DNA of 49,808 nucleotides. It comes from Candidatus Saccharimonadota bacterium. GTDB taxonomy: Bacteria; Patescibacteriota; Saccharimonadia; Saccharimonadales; Saccharimonadaceae. The notes beneath the pieces were generated by a model, which searched no databases, was not told the origin of the DNA, and saw only the letters and a list, made by a program, of their open reading frames with translations. The stretch covers positions 1-49,808 of the forward strand of contig JAFRBW010000007.1 in NCBI GenBank assembly GCA_017404685.1, written 5' to 3'. This document shows positions 49,461 through 49,808 of this stretch, piece by piece (the first letter of the stretch is position 1; every line of letters starts with the position of its first letter). The position numbers and the translations under genes are program-made.

Positions 49461-49808
49461 ATTAACAATCAGCAAATTGTAGTCCGCGGGTTGTTATAAT
49501 TAAAAGAGATATGCAAATCAATTTTTGACAGTAGTAAAGGCGCCAAGAGGGCCTAGGCTGTCAAATGAGATTTCTCTTTGGCTAACCCGCGGACTACAAC
49601 CTCGTGGCGCCTTTTCTGTGGATTAGCAAAGTTGCCTCGAGAGTTAACAAAGAGAGGCAAGTAAAAATGCAGGTCATACAAAAAATCAAAGCAAAACTTA
49701 ACAATTCTCCACGTAGAGTTATTCTGGATACGCGCAAAAAATGCAGCAATAACTCTACGTGCAGGATTATTAATAACAGGACGGGTGACACGCATAGGGA
49801 GACCCCCA
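49461..49808 (+). ncRNA. Candidate highly structured RNA / 5' leader of unknown family (3'-truncated)
   Basis: 16-bp, 14/15-bp, 14-bp, 8-bp and 7-bp complementary segments, nested and crossed, downstream of a promoter. Confidence 0.6.
49667..49808 (+). CDS. Possible 3'-truncated ORF (MQVIQKIKAKLNNSPRRVILDTRKKCSNNSTCRIINNRTGDTHRETP...)
   Basis: Open to the window end with GAGG 9 nt upstream; no recognisable motif. Confidence 0.3.
   Translation, partial: MQVIQKIKAKLNNSPRRVILDTRKKCSNNSTCRIINNRTGDTHRETP

Noticed and set aside
49461-49808. tmRNA, RNase P, SRP or retron identity for the terminal structured region
   Set aside because: There is no GGGG..tRNA-like 5' end with a stop-terminated tag, no GAGGAAAGUCC P4 motif, no SRP domain IV loop, and no RT gene in view. 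A retron or other RT-associated RNA cannot be excluded without downstream sequence.

Overview
A gene-dense 49.8-kb chromosomal segment using genetic code 11. It most likely comes from a host-associated Candidatus Saccharibacteria (TM7/Patescibacteria) genome. This is an inference from the short AlaS, DUF1846, the DUF5674 pair, CPR-type hypothetical proteins, FISUMP surface proteins and near-zero intergenic space. Most of the window is housekeeping: alaS, iscS-mnmA, tatD, typA, ung/tdk/tmk, a heterodimeric ABC exporter, queA-tgt, cysS, nrnA, a pgsA/yqeG/cdsA plus acyl-CoA ligase lipid cluster, recR/ybaB, dnaB, dnaX and rplJL with its L10 leader. No rRNA, tRNA, CRISPR array, transposase, integrase or reverse transcriptase is visible. 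The most interesting signals are: (1) at the right end, a promoter-driven non-coding region of at least 300 nt with nested and crossed (pseudoknot-like) long inverted repeats and mutually exclusive pairings over a possible RBS; (2) at the left end, a two-domain FISUMP surface protein whose domain C-termini resemble DGR variable regions, followed by a hairpin and an antisense promoter; (3) long palindromic elements lying in frame inside dnaX and mnmA; (4) pervasive leaderless TGn-TATAAT-N6-9-ATG gene starts, contrasted with SD-led accessory cassettes and duplicated portable promoters; (5) a fatty-acid-scavenging to phosphatidylglycerol gene cluster and a serine/zinc DD-carboxypeptidase fusion. 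All calls were made by eye; no database searches or folding programs were run.
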